Shown in pieces: positions 1 to 7,970 of a stretch of DNA of 64,000 nt (the stretch's first letter is position 1; the number at the start of each line of letters is the position of its first letter). Both the position numbers and the translations under genes were made by a program. Source of the stretch: a virus. The stretch is taken from positions 1 through 64,000 of the IMG/VR virus record IMGVR_UViG_3300025087_000054, one strand, 5' to 3'. The notes under the pieces are model-generated. The model was not told the DNA's origin. It did not search any database and saw nothing but the letters and a program-made list of their open reading frames with translations.

Positions 1-2
1 GC

Positions 3-521
3 AGTAATGAGATTGAGGGGGTATACGATGAAAAAGCGTTGAAAGATGCTTTAAATGCCTGGACGTTTGCGTATACAATATTTGAAAGTACAAAAATGGT
101 AACTATAGCTATGTTATTAGATACCCATGGAATATTGATGCGGAATATAGATCGTGCTATTGCGGGTAAAGAACGTACTTGTAAGGTATGGATAGGTGGT
201 AGGGAATGCAAAGCAGAGACTAAAAAAAGTTGGCATAATAAAATGGGTAGATATTTACAGTTATGGAACGCTATTAATATGTGCTATACAAATAGTGAGT
301 TACGTAAAATTATTGAGGACGAGAATAAAAAAAACGGTAAGGGTATCGTTGATATAATACGCGGTCAGCACGTAGCTTTTGAAATGTTGCATCCTTTTGT
401 AGACGGGAATGGGCGTATTGGGCGTATTTTATATAATTTACAGCGAAATGCTTGTGGGCTACCAGTGCATATTTTGACCGCATCAGATCGCCCCTGGTAC
501 TATAGTTGGTTTAAATCATAA
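3..521 (+). CDS. Fic-domain protein (5' end probably outside window)
   Basis: Canonical HPFVDGNGRIGR motif; frame is open back to position 3 and reads SNEIEG, matching the (S/T)xxxE(G/N) Fic autoinhibitory motif. Confidence 0.9.
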   Translation, partial: SNEIEGVYDEKALKDALNAWTFAYTIFESTKMVTIAMLLDTHGILMRNIDRAIAGKERTCKVWIGGRECKAETKKSWHNKMGRYLQLWNAINMCYTNSELRKIIEDENKKNGKGIVDIIRGQHVAFEMLHPFVDGNGRIGRILYNLQRNACGLPVHILTASDRPWYYSWFKS

Positions 522-531
522 TAAGTATCCT

Positions 532-900
532 ATGTTTAAATGGATTAGTAAGATATACAATAAAATAGGTAAAGCAGATTGGAGATACGGTATTGGACTC
601 ATTCAGTTTACATTATTAATAATATATAAATTTGGTAGTAATTGGTCGAGTAAACCGAACGTATTTACAGCAGTAATGATTTGTATGGTATTACACGTAT
701 TATTTTTATTGTTAAGTAGGATTATTACATTTACGGATGAGTACAAAGAAAATGTTTTATATAGTAATTGGAGTTTGCTGATATTTATTAGTGGTTTTTG
801 GCAGATTGATTATATGTTTGATTTTTGGTCTCGGGAGTTAATAACGTTTGTATGGATATTAGTGTGGGGTATACGTGGAGCTTATTTATATAAAAATTAA
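532..900 (+). CDS. hypothetical multi-pass membrane protein
   Basis: About 4 hydrophobic segments. Confidence 0.6.
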   Translation: MFKWISKIYNKIGKADWRYGIGLIQFTLLIIYKFGSNWSSKPNVFTAVMICMVLHVLFLLLSRIITFTDEYKENVLYSNWSLLIFISGFWQIDYMFDFWSRELITFVWILVWGIRGAYLYKN

Positions 901-911
901 TATATTACGTT

Positions 912-1334
912 ATGGCAAACGAAACATGGGTTGATAGTATGTATAAACCGTCCGATAAAATACCGAAACAGTATCGTTCAGCTAAATTTGAAAAAGATAT
1001 AAAACATGTTCAAAGTAATTATGCGGGGGCGATAATGAATGAATATGATGATGTAGGAATTAAAGCTGATGGGGTACGTAAAGTTTTAGATAGAATATTA
1101 AATGAATTGCCACAGGATAGGCAATTAGAGGAATTTGAGTATGTAAGAAAAAGATTAGCTGAACATAGAGATGAAGAATGGGGCGACCAAGTACCAGAGA
1201 TATGGTATCAAACACCACTCGCTACATTATCAGATGCTAATATGAATTTAGTCGGATTAGGCACAGGGAATTTGAGTCATGTTGAGTTGGTTAATGTGAA
1301 TACAGGTTGGGATATTTTAATACTTAATAATTAA
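912..1334 (+). CDS. hypothetical protein
   Basis: ORF tightly packed in operon. Confidence 0.6.
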   Translation: MANETWVDSMYKPSDKIPKQYRSAKFEKDIKHVQSNYAGAIMNEYDDVGIKADGVRKVLDRILNELPQDRQLEEFEYVRKRLAEHRDEEWGDQVPEIWYQTPLATLSDANMNLVGLGTGNLSHVELVNVNTGWDILILNN

Positions 1335-1338
1335 TAAT

Positions 1339-1530
1339 ATGAAAACAAGTTTTGGTGAAATACTATTTGGTAACGATTATGTGGTACAAATGATTGCTGA
1401 GTGTGGGGAACGTAAACATGTTTTAGGTGTATGTGCGTACAGTGTTGCACATGCTACACATAAAGCAATAAACGAAATGAAAAACATTAAAAGTGAATGT
1501 ATGAGCGTTGATTATATTAAAAAGTTATAA
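1339..1530 (+). CDS. hypothetical protein
   Basis: ORF packing. Confidence 0.5.
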   Translation: MKTSFGEILFGNDYVVQMIAECGERKHVLGVCAYSVAHATHKAINEMKNIKSECMSVDYIKKL

Positions 1531-1605
1531 GTATTTAATGCTTAAATTATTTTATGGACTTATTAAAAATGCCAACTAGTACGTTCAGAAGGTTTTGAAA
1601 ATTAC

Positions 1606-1917
1606 ATGGAGAATGATTTTGAATATGGCGATGCTTGGGCAATACCTATCATGAAAAGTTATATAGAAGCAGGAATGACCGCCGAAGAGAATAGAGAGAA
1701 AATACAAGAGTTGGAAAGATTTTTACAGGAAAAGACCAAAACACGCCAAGAGGTGACAGAGCTATTCAAGGGATTAATCGACGGTTTAAGGGATAGATTT
1801 GGCCAGATAATACGATGTGAATTGCCTATGCTATGGCAAGCAACAGAGCTGGCGGGACTGATTCAAGACAACAAAATAGTGGTAATGATATTATTTTATA
1901 ATTTTAAATTTATATGA
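1606..1917 (+). CDS. hypothetical protein
   Basis: ORF; start uncertain. Confidence 0.5.
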   Translation: MENDFEYGDAWAIPIMKSYIEAGMTAEENREKIQELERFLQEKTKTRQEVTELFKGLIDGLRDRFGQIIRCELPMLWQATELAGLIQDNKIVVMILFYNFKFI

Positions 1918-2018
1918 AACTAGAACAATACGTTTGCAATTTAAAATTAGCTAAAAAACTATCAAAGCTGGGAGTAAAACAGGATAGTTTGTTTTGGTGG
2001 GGTAAGAAAAATAAATAG
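1914..2018 (+). CDS. 34-aa ORF MKLEQYVCNLKLAKKLSKLGVKQDSLFWW..., possibly a truncated phage gene
   Basis: Manual translation; ATGA overlap with previous stop. Confidence 0.45.
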   Translation: MKLEQYVCNLKLAKKLSKLGVKQDSLFWWGKKNK

Positions 2019-2071
2019 TTTTAATTTTATTGTAATTGTATTATAATAAAGTAGGTTAAACTATTTTATAT

Positions 2072-2239
2072 ATGATTACTATAATTGCTTTTATTTTAGC
2101 GATAGTTATGTTTGTATTAGCTTGGAAGAGGCGGGCAGATACTATTTACTTTAGACGATGGTTACGACTCGGTATAGTGTTATTACTAGTAGCGTTACTA
2201 GTATTTTTTGATGAGTATATGGTAATTACAACAACGTAA
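2072..2239 (+). CDS. 55-aa two-TM membrane protein (not in ORF track)
   Basis: Manual translation MITIIAFILAIVMFVLAWKRRADTIYFRRWLRLGIVLLLVALLVFF... Confidence 0.55.
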   Translation: MITIIAFILAIVMFVLAWKRRADTIYFRRWLRLGIVLLLVALLVFFDEYMVITTT

Positions 2240-2295
2240 TAGTTTGATTTTTGCGGTATGTATAGTAAGATACTATTAGCTTAATTTTTACAAAA

Positions 2296-2676
2296 ATGTA
2301 TAAAACCAAAAAACGATTGTTCCAACATGATTTAGATCAGGATTTACTGATCGAAGGGCCAGTATGGGTGGAAACACTAAGTATTTTTAATGATCACACA
2401 GCTACGTTATATTTATTTATAGCAGATTCCAATGAAATTGTAGCCGAGGATGAGGATTCAGAGGGGCAGATAACTGCATTATCGCCAGGAGTATCTACTA
2501 TAATAGATTTTTCAGATGAAGGGGAAGGAGCTACTAAAGGGTACGGACGTAGATTTATAGATGGTGCTTATTTTTCAGTTAGCACCAATAAATTAACAAG
2601 GGTATTGCCAGAGACGGGGCAGGAAGAACACGCAAACAATAAAAAATTGCAATTTGAGGCGTTATATAGAGACTAA
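2296..2676 (+). CDS. putative virion-associated beta-rich protein
   Basis: Acidic, beta-rich; heads the appendage gene cluster. Confidence 0.45.
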   Translation: MYKTKKRLFQHDLDQDLLIEGPVWVETLSIFNDHTATLYLFIADSNEIVAEDEDSEGQITALSPGVSTIIDFSDEGEGATKGYGRRFIDGAYFSVSTNKLTRVLPETGQEEHANNKKLQFEALYRD

Positions 2677-2699
2677 TCAAATATAATAATTAATAGATT

Positions 2700-3236
2700 A
2701 TGAAAATTATTGCACCAGTAACGTTATTCTCATTGGGGTTAGATGACATAGTAACGGTTAAGTCAAACTTATCAGCTACAATACCACCAACTGCTAATGA
2801 TGATGTACTTTTAGGGTATGAGGTGGGGTCAAGATGGGTGGATATTATTAATGATAATGAGTATGTATGTTTAGATGCAAGTGAGGGAGTTGCTTTATGG
2901 GAAGAAACAACAACAGGTGAGGGATCGCCTACGTTAATATCAATATTCGGCTATAAAGAAAAATTGGCAGATTATGCGGTTTTAGTCGGTGATGATATGA
3001 TAGTTATTACGGATACTAGTATACCTAGAACAATAACATTGCCAGATGCCTCAACAGTATCAGCGGGTAAACGATTTTTGATTAAGGATGGCACAGGTGG
3101 GGCGGATAATAATACCATTACAGTTTCAGCCCAAGAGGGGCAAATGATAGATGGTAATATAGATTACGTATTACAGACAAGTTATGCTTGCGTTTCAGTT
3201 GTGAGTAATGGTGTAGACAAATACTATATTTATTAA
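2700..3236 (+). CDS. virion fibre/appendage protein
   Basis: C-terminal ITLPDA..G..F.IKDGTGGA..NTITV..IDG module shared with 4811..5758. Confidence 0.6.
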   Translation: MKIIAPVTLFSLGLDDIVTVKSNLSATIPPTANDDVLLGYEVGSRWVDIINDNEYVCLDASEGVALWEETTTGEGSPTLISIFGYKEKLADYAVLVGDDMIVITDTSIPRTITLPDASTVSAGKRFLIKDGTGGADNNTITVSAQEGQMIDGNIDYVLQTSYACVSVVSNGVDKYYIY

Positions 3237-3247
3237 GTTATTGAAAT

Positions 3248-4297
3248 ATGTCCTATAATGTTGGAAATAATGCGTTTAAAACAGTATTTGGTGATGGTGA
3301 GGCTACTTATGTTGAAAAAACGGGTAATTACACTATGGTTGCTAATGATAAAGTATTTGTAACTGCCACGGCTATTATGACCTTGCCAGCCAGTCCAGTT
3401 AAGGGTAATTCGGTGCAGATACGTAGGGCGACAACAGGTAAAGTACAAATAGATGTAAATGGGAGTAAGATAAATAGTAATGGGTTAGTAGGTTATGCGA
3501 TTATACCAACTAATGGTTTAACGGTTACGTTGATGTATATAGACACCACAATAGGGTGGGTAGATGTATTTGGTGTATTGGGATATGTACCGTCAACGAA
3601 TATTTATACTTGTTTAAGCTCATTAAGTGATGTAACAGATGACGGTACAGGATTATGTTCTGCGTGGGGCGATCAGTCTACAAATAATAAAGACGCATCA
3701 CAGTCTACACAAGCGAATAGACCAGCAATAGAGACGGACGCTCAAAGCATTCCATATTTATATTTTGATGGGTATAATAGTAAAATTATGCAAATTGGTG
3801 CGAATGCTGATTTAAATTCGCAGGCTAATTTAAGTATTGCGTTGTGTTTAAATATAGTTAATGAGACAGAAGAGAATTATATTATGTGTAAATCTAATGG
3901 TGCGACAGACGATACTATATGGCTTGAGGCTTATTTGAATTTTATAAGATTAATAGGTACAAATGGGTACACACAACAAGAACAATCTGGGCACGATAAA
4001 TTAGGTACATACGGATTTCAGGAGATAATAGGGCAAAAAACTGATTGGCATATTGCAGTAAATTGGGCTAGTGGCGGTGGCAGATCAGATTTATTAAGAA
4101 AAGGTGTGTATAACGGTAATGTAGCTAACACACTGACGGCACCAGTTTTAAATAATAGTTTACTAATGCTAGGGCAAAGATATACGGGCGAGAATGGTTA
4201 CTTTAAGCTATATAGTTTAATTATGTGGACAAAAAAATTGACTATGGTAGAGCAGATAGCTGTTTCAAAATGGATGCAATCTAATTTTGTATACTAA
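3248..4297 (+). CDS. virion appendage protein with C-terminal LamG/ConA-like domain
   Basis: W.DQS.N..DA.Q....RP and YFDG motifs typical of phage lectin-like domains; N-terminal fibre module. Confidence 0.6.
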   Translation: MSYNVGNNAFKTVFGDGEATYVEKTGNYTMVANDKVFVTATAIMTLPASPVKGNSVQIRRATTGKVQIDVNGSKINSNGLVGYAIIPTNGLTVTLMYIDTTIGWVDVFGVLGYVPSTNIYTCLSSLSDVTDDGTGLCSAWGDQSTNNKDASQSTQANRPAIETDAQSIPYLYFDGYNSKIMQIGANADLNSQANLSIALCLNIVNETEENYIMCKSNGATDDTIWLEAYLNFIRLIGTNGYTQQEQSGHDKLGTYGFQEIIGQKTDWHIAVNWASGGGRSDLLRKGVYNGNVANTLTAPVLNNSLLMLGQRYTGENGYFKLYSLIMWTKKLTMVEQIAVSKWMQSNFVY

Positions 4298-4369
4298 GAA
4301 AAGGCTAGCGGTTATGATAGGAATAATTTATAATAAAAGTAGTTTTATATATTTTTTAATGATTAAAAG

Positions 4370-4732
4370 ATGTTTAAGGTAATTAATACATATTTGCACC
4401 CAGTTGTTCTTGAAAAAAGTACATCATTAGTATTATTGCCAGGGATAGTTGCGTTAGATAGTAATGATTTGGTTGTACCAGGAAATGATATAAGTGCTGT
4501 AAATATTGTAGGATTTACAGAAGGAGCTTTAGAGACTGCCAATAAAGTAAAGGTTTTTAAGGGGATTGTAAAAAAAGCAAATGATACTATTGATATTATT
4601 GATTCAAGTTATATCGGGCAGAGTGCCTATTTTGTTAATGACGATACTGTATCTTACAATCAAAATACATCACGTAAGAGAGCAGGAGATATAGTTGCAG
4701 TTGATTCAGACGGGGTTTATGTGTCGGTGTAA
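4370..4732 (+). CDS. putative capsid decoration/cement protein
   Basis: Small beta protein with IGQSAYFVNDDTV...AG.IVAVDSDGVYV pattern. Confidence 0.5.
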   Translation: MFKVINTYLHPVVLEKSTSLVLLPGIVALDSNDLVVPGNDISAVNIVGFTEGALETANKVKVFKGIVKKANDTIDIIDSSYIGQSAYFVNDDTVSYNQNTSRKRAGDIVAVDSDGVYVSV

Positions 4733-4810
4733 AATGATATTGTTTCATATAATATATAAGAATATAATATATTTAGATAAATAATTTTTATTTAATAATA
4801 TTTTTTAAGT

Positions 4811-5758
4811 ATGACTTACAATACCGCCAATGATTCGTTTGGTGCAGTGTTTGGTGGAGCTGGCACGCTTGGGGCTTATTTTAAGCAACCCGTAGTTGGT
4901 GCAACAGTTTCGGCATTAGCAGCAAATACACGAACAGACAATGTAATAACAGCAGACGCTAATGGGGCATTAGGCACTGCGATTGACGGATTAACTTTGG
5001 AGGTGGGAGACAGAGTATTGGTAAAAAATGAATCAACAGGGGCAAATAATGGTATTTACGCTATTACAGCATTAGGAGACGGTTCAAATCCTTTTGTTTT
5101 GACAAGAGCTACTGATATGGACGCGGATGCTGATATATCAGGAGGTGTTTATGTAGTAGTCCAGGAAGGGGCAAGTTTTGCAGATTCAGCGTTCATTTTA
5201 ACAAACGATGGTAGTTTGACTTTGAACACAACAGCGTTGACATTTACTAAGTTCAGTGGACTTGGTCAAGTATCAGCAGGGACTAGTATGGAAAAAACAG
5301 GCGATACTATTGGTATTGCGAATGGTGGTGTTGGTGCAACTCAATTAGCATCTAGTGCGGTTGAGGAAGCTAAGATTGCTAATGGAGCAGTTACCCCAAC
5401 AAAGATGGATTTGACACAAGATTATGTGTTTACAGGAGGAGTGGCGTTCACAGGGGCAATTAAATTTGCTAGAACTGAGGTAGATAATACTGCATATACT
5501 GTACAAAGTGGCGACAGTTATGTTGGTGTAATCAATTTAAGTCAAACTAGAGTAATTACTTTGCCAGCGGCGGCTACAGCAGGAGCAGGCACAATAATAA
5601 TGATTAAAGACGAAAGTGGTAATGCGACACAATCTATTAAAATTACTGTTGATGGTAACAGTTCAGAAACAATAGATGGTGCAACTACTTATGATATAGT
5701 TACTGCCTATGGTGCAGTAAGTTTGATTACTGATGGGGCTAATTGGTATATTTACTAA
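4811..5758 (+). CDS. head/tail fibre-like protein
   Basis: IDG.TL.VGDRVLVKN.....NGIY...LTRATD.D motif common in phage fibres; Gly/Thr/Ala rich. Confidence 0.7.
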   Translation: MTYNTANDSFGAVFGGAGTLGAYFKQPVVGATVSALAANTRTDNVITADANGALGTAIDGLTLEVGDRVLVKNESTGANNGIYAITALGDGSNPFVLTRATDMDADADISGGVYVVVQEGASFADSAFILTNDGSLTLNTTALTFTKFSGLGQVSAGTSMEKTGDTIGIANGGVGATQLASSAVEEAKIANGAVTPTKMDLTQDYVFTGGVAFTGAIKFARTEVDNTAYTVQSGDSYVGVINLSQTRVITLPAAATAGAGTIIMIKDESGNATQSIKITVDGNSSETIDGATTYDIVTAYGAVSLITDGANWYIY

Positions 5759-5785
5759 AAAGCAAGCCATTAAAGTGAGGTTGTT

Positions 5786-5816
5786 AGGGAGCTATATAAA
5801 TTATAGCTCCCTTTTT
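5786..5816 (+). terminator. intrinsic terminator
   Basis: AGGGAGCTATA-taaat-TATAGCTCCCT followed by T-run. Confidence 0.85.
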
Positions 5817-5841
5817 AGTAAGGCAATAAAATTAATATATC

Positions 5842-5884
5842 ACAATTTAAAAAACTTTACAAATCGTTATAGTAATATTATACT
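5842..5884 (+). promoter_or_regulatory. conserved phage promoter motif, copy 1
   Basis: ACAATTTAAAAAACTTTACAAA; TTTACA-17-TATACT. Confidence 0.75.
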
Positions 5885-5909
5885 GTACTTGTAATTTAAT
5901 TTTTATAAA

Positions 5910-6110
5910 ATGGATATAGCTCAATTAAAAACACTTGCTTTTGAGTGTTTTAAGGGTAAAGTAGTTCCAGTTAGTGTACAGGAATATTTACATTATTTAG
6001 AGAAAAAAGAGCAGGAGCGGAAAGATATTGAGGAGTATGCGGAAGATTTTACTACTATTGCGATCAAACAAGTATTTAAGGATGGGTATATTACTCAGTT
6101 AATTAGCTAA
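5910..6110 (+). CDS. hypothetical protein
   Basis: ORF directly after promoter. Confidence 0.55.
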   Translation: MDIAQLKTLAFECFKGKVVPVSVQEYLHYLEKKEQERKDIEEYAEDFTTIAIKQVFKDGYITQLIS

Positions 6111-6119
6111 ATTACACAA

Positions 6120-6374
6120 TTGACAGAAGAGTTACCAAAAAATCAGTTAGGTAAAATAATAAAAGTAACCGATCATTCAGTGATCAGGTATTTTATACAT
6201 ATTTTAGGGTTAAATGAAGCAGAACTACGTAAATTAATATTAACGGAAGAGTTGGCACAGATCATTACGAAATCAGGTGATGGTGATTATCCAATAATAT
6301 ATAAAACTGGTTTACAGAGTAAACAGTGTACAGTTGTAGTAAGAGATGGTAATGTGGTAACGATTAAAGAATAA
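6120..6374 (+). CDS. hypothetical phage protein (VTDHSVIRY...VVTI type)
   Basis: Motif resembles a recurrent small phage family. Confidence 0.5.
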   Translation: MTEELPKNQLGKIIKVTDHSVIRYFIHILGLNEAELRKLILTEELAQIITKSGDGDYPIIYKTGLQSKQCTVVVRDGNVVTIKE

Positions 6375-6397
6375 TTTATTAAATAATAAATATTAAA

Positions 6398-6487
6398 ATG
6401 AAAAAAATATTTAGTGGTATACAGGCAGGCTATAGAGCTTTTATGGAGTATTGTAAAAAGTTAGTAAAAATGGGTAAGAAAAAGTAA
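6398..6487 (+). CDS. 29-aa basic peptide (not in ORF track)
   Basis: MKKIFSGIQAGYRAFMEYCKKLVKMGKKK after AT-rich leader. Confidence 0.4.
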   Translation: MKKIFSGIQAGYRAFMEYCKKLVKMGKKK

Positions 6488-6505
6488 ACTTAAAACGCAT
6501 TTTAA
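6488..6505. repeat. palindromic motif ACTTAAAACGCATTTTAA copy 1
   Basis: Exact copies at 31171 and 46648. Confidence 0.8.
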
Positions 6506-6588
6506 TTAAGGTGGATTGTATTATTTGCCTTTTTATTGTAAATTTAAGGCGTACAGTGCATAATATTACAGACAATAATTATATAATT

Positions 6589-7959
6589 ATGGCAGAATCG
6601 CTTACAGTAATAAAATCAAATTTTTTACCGAGTAGGTTAGTGGTACAAAAGCAAGAACAAAAATTGGCCAGATTTAAGTCAATAGCTTTATCAGAGATGA
6701 GAATGGGGGCATCTATGGAGCATATAAATAAAATAGGGTTAAAAAAACCCTCGGCAGTGTCTTTTGAATTATTACGTAAATTGGCAAGTTATGATCCAAT
6801 AATACGTATTTGCGTTAATGTAATTAAGAAAGAGGTATCACAATGTGATTGGGAAATAATGGTAAAACCAAATGCACCAAAAGCAAAGGAGTATTATATG
6901 CCATTAGTTATGGAGGTGTATGATTTATTTGAGTATATGAATGCAAATGGTGAAAATCTAAGGATTTTATCCGACAGGGTATTAGAGGATTTATTAGTAT
7001 GTGATGCTGGGGTAGTTGAAAAAGTTTACACAATAGATAAAACAAAAATAGGGGCTTTGAACAGTATTGATGGAGCGTCAGTGAGACCAATATATAATGA
7101 ATACGGAGAACTGGGTAATGAGAATGGTGTAGCTTATGTACAGTATATAGATAATGTTAAGGTCGCTGAATTTACAGCAGATGAAGTGGTGTACATGATG
7201 GCACACCCTCAAAATGATGTAAAACATTTTGGGTATGGTAAAAGTAATATTGAGAGTATTTTATTGCATGTTCAGGCGGCTTTGGAGGCGGATATGTTTA
7301 ATATTAAACGATTTACTGAGGATAATGTGCCACCAGGTATATTAGACTTAGGCAATATTAATGAAGAGCAGGCACAAGTATTTAAGGAGATGTGGAATGC
7401 TACTGTAATTACAGAACCACACGCAATGAAATTTGTTTGGGGATCGGATTCAGCTAAAAAGTTTATACCGTTCGGAAACACACAAAAAGATATGCAGTAT
7501 ATTGAATATATACAATGGTTATCGAAACTAAAATTGGCAACGTATGGGCTATCCAGTATTGACGCAAACATGTTTCAAGATGCAAATAGGGCTAATTCAG
7601 AGGTACAGCAAGCTATATCAGCCTCAAGAGGAGTTAGATCATATAAAAAATTATTGGAGGAATATTGGACAAGAGGCGTAATAAGAGCGATGGGGGATGA
7701 TTATAAATGGCTTGAGTTTAAGTATAAAGATGCGGAAACTTTAGACCAGAAAAAACAGCAAGCAGAGATAGATAAGATTTATGTAGAAACAGGTGTATAT
7801 CAACGAAATGAGATACGAGAACGGGAGGGAAAAGCCCCAATTAAGGAATTAGATTATCAGGAGGAATTAGATATGGAAATTGCTAATGAATTAGATGCAG
7901 AAACGTTGGACGGTGATACAGTTAAAAGATCAATGAAAGTATTAAAAAACATGTACTAA
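6589..7959 (+). CDS. portal protein
   Basis: Portal-like motifs (DLLVCDAG, IDGASVRP, GYGKSNIE, NEIREREG..PI), size and position; start refined to MAESL; TTGTAA-17-CATAAT upstream. Confidence 0.9.
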   Translation: MAESLTVIKSNFLPSRLVVQKQEQKLARFKSIALSEMRMGASMEHINKIGLKKPSAVSFELLRKLASYDPIIRICVNVIKKEVSQCDWEIMVKPNAPKAKEYYMPLVMEVYDLFEYMNANGENLRILSDRVLEDLLVCDAGVVEKVYTIDKTKIGALNSIDGASVRPIYNEYGELGNENGVAYVQYIDNVKVAEFTADEVVYMMAHPQNDVKHFGYGKSNIESILLHVQAALEADMFNIKRFTEDNVPPGILDLGNINEEQAQVFKEMWNATVITEPHAMKFVWGSDSAKKFIPFGNTQKDMQYIEYIQWLSKLKLATYGLSSIDANMFQDANRANSEVQQAISASRGVRSYKKLLEEYWTRGVIRAMGDDYKWLEFKYKDAETLDQKKQQAEIDKIYVETGVYQRNEIREREGKAPIKELDYQEELDMEIANELDAETLDGDTVKRSMKVLKNMY

Positions 7960-7970
7960 TTTATATTTTT

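Noticed and set aside
1554-1606. Possible frameshifted 5' end of the 1606 ORF
   Set aside because: A shift in an A5 run would join an upstream ATG, but this cannot be distinguished from chance without homologues
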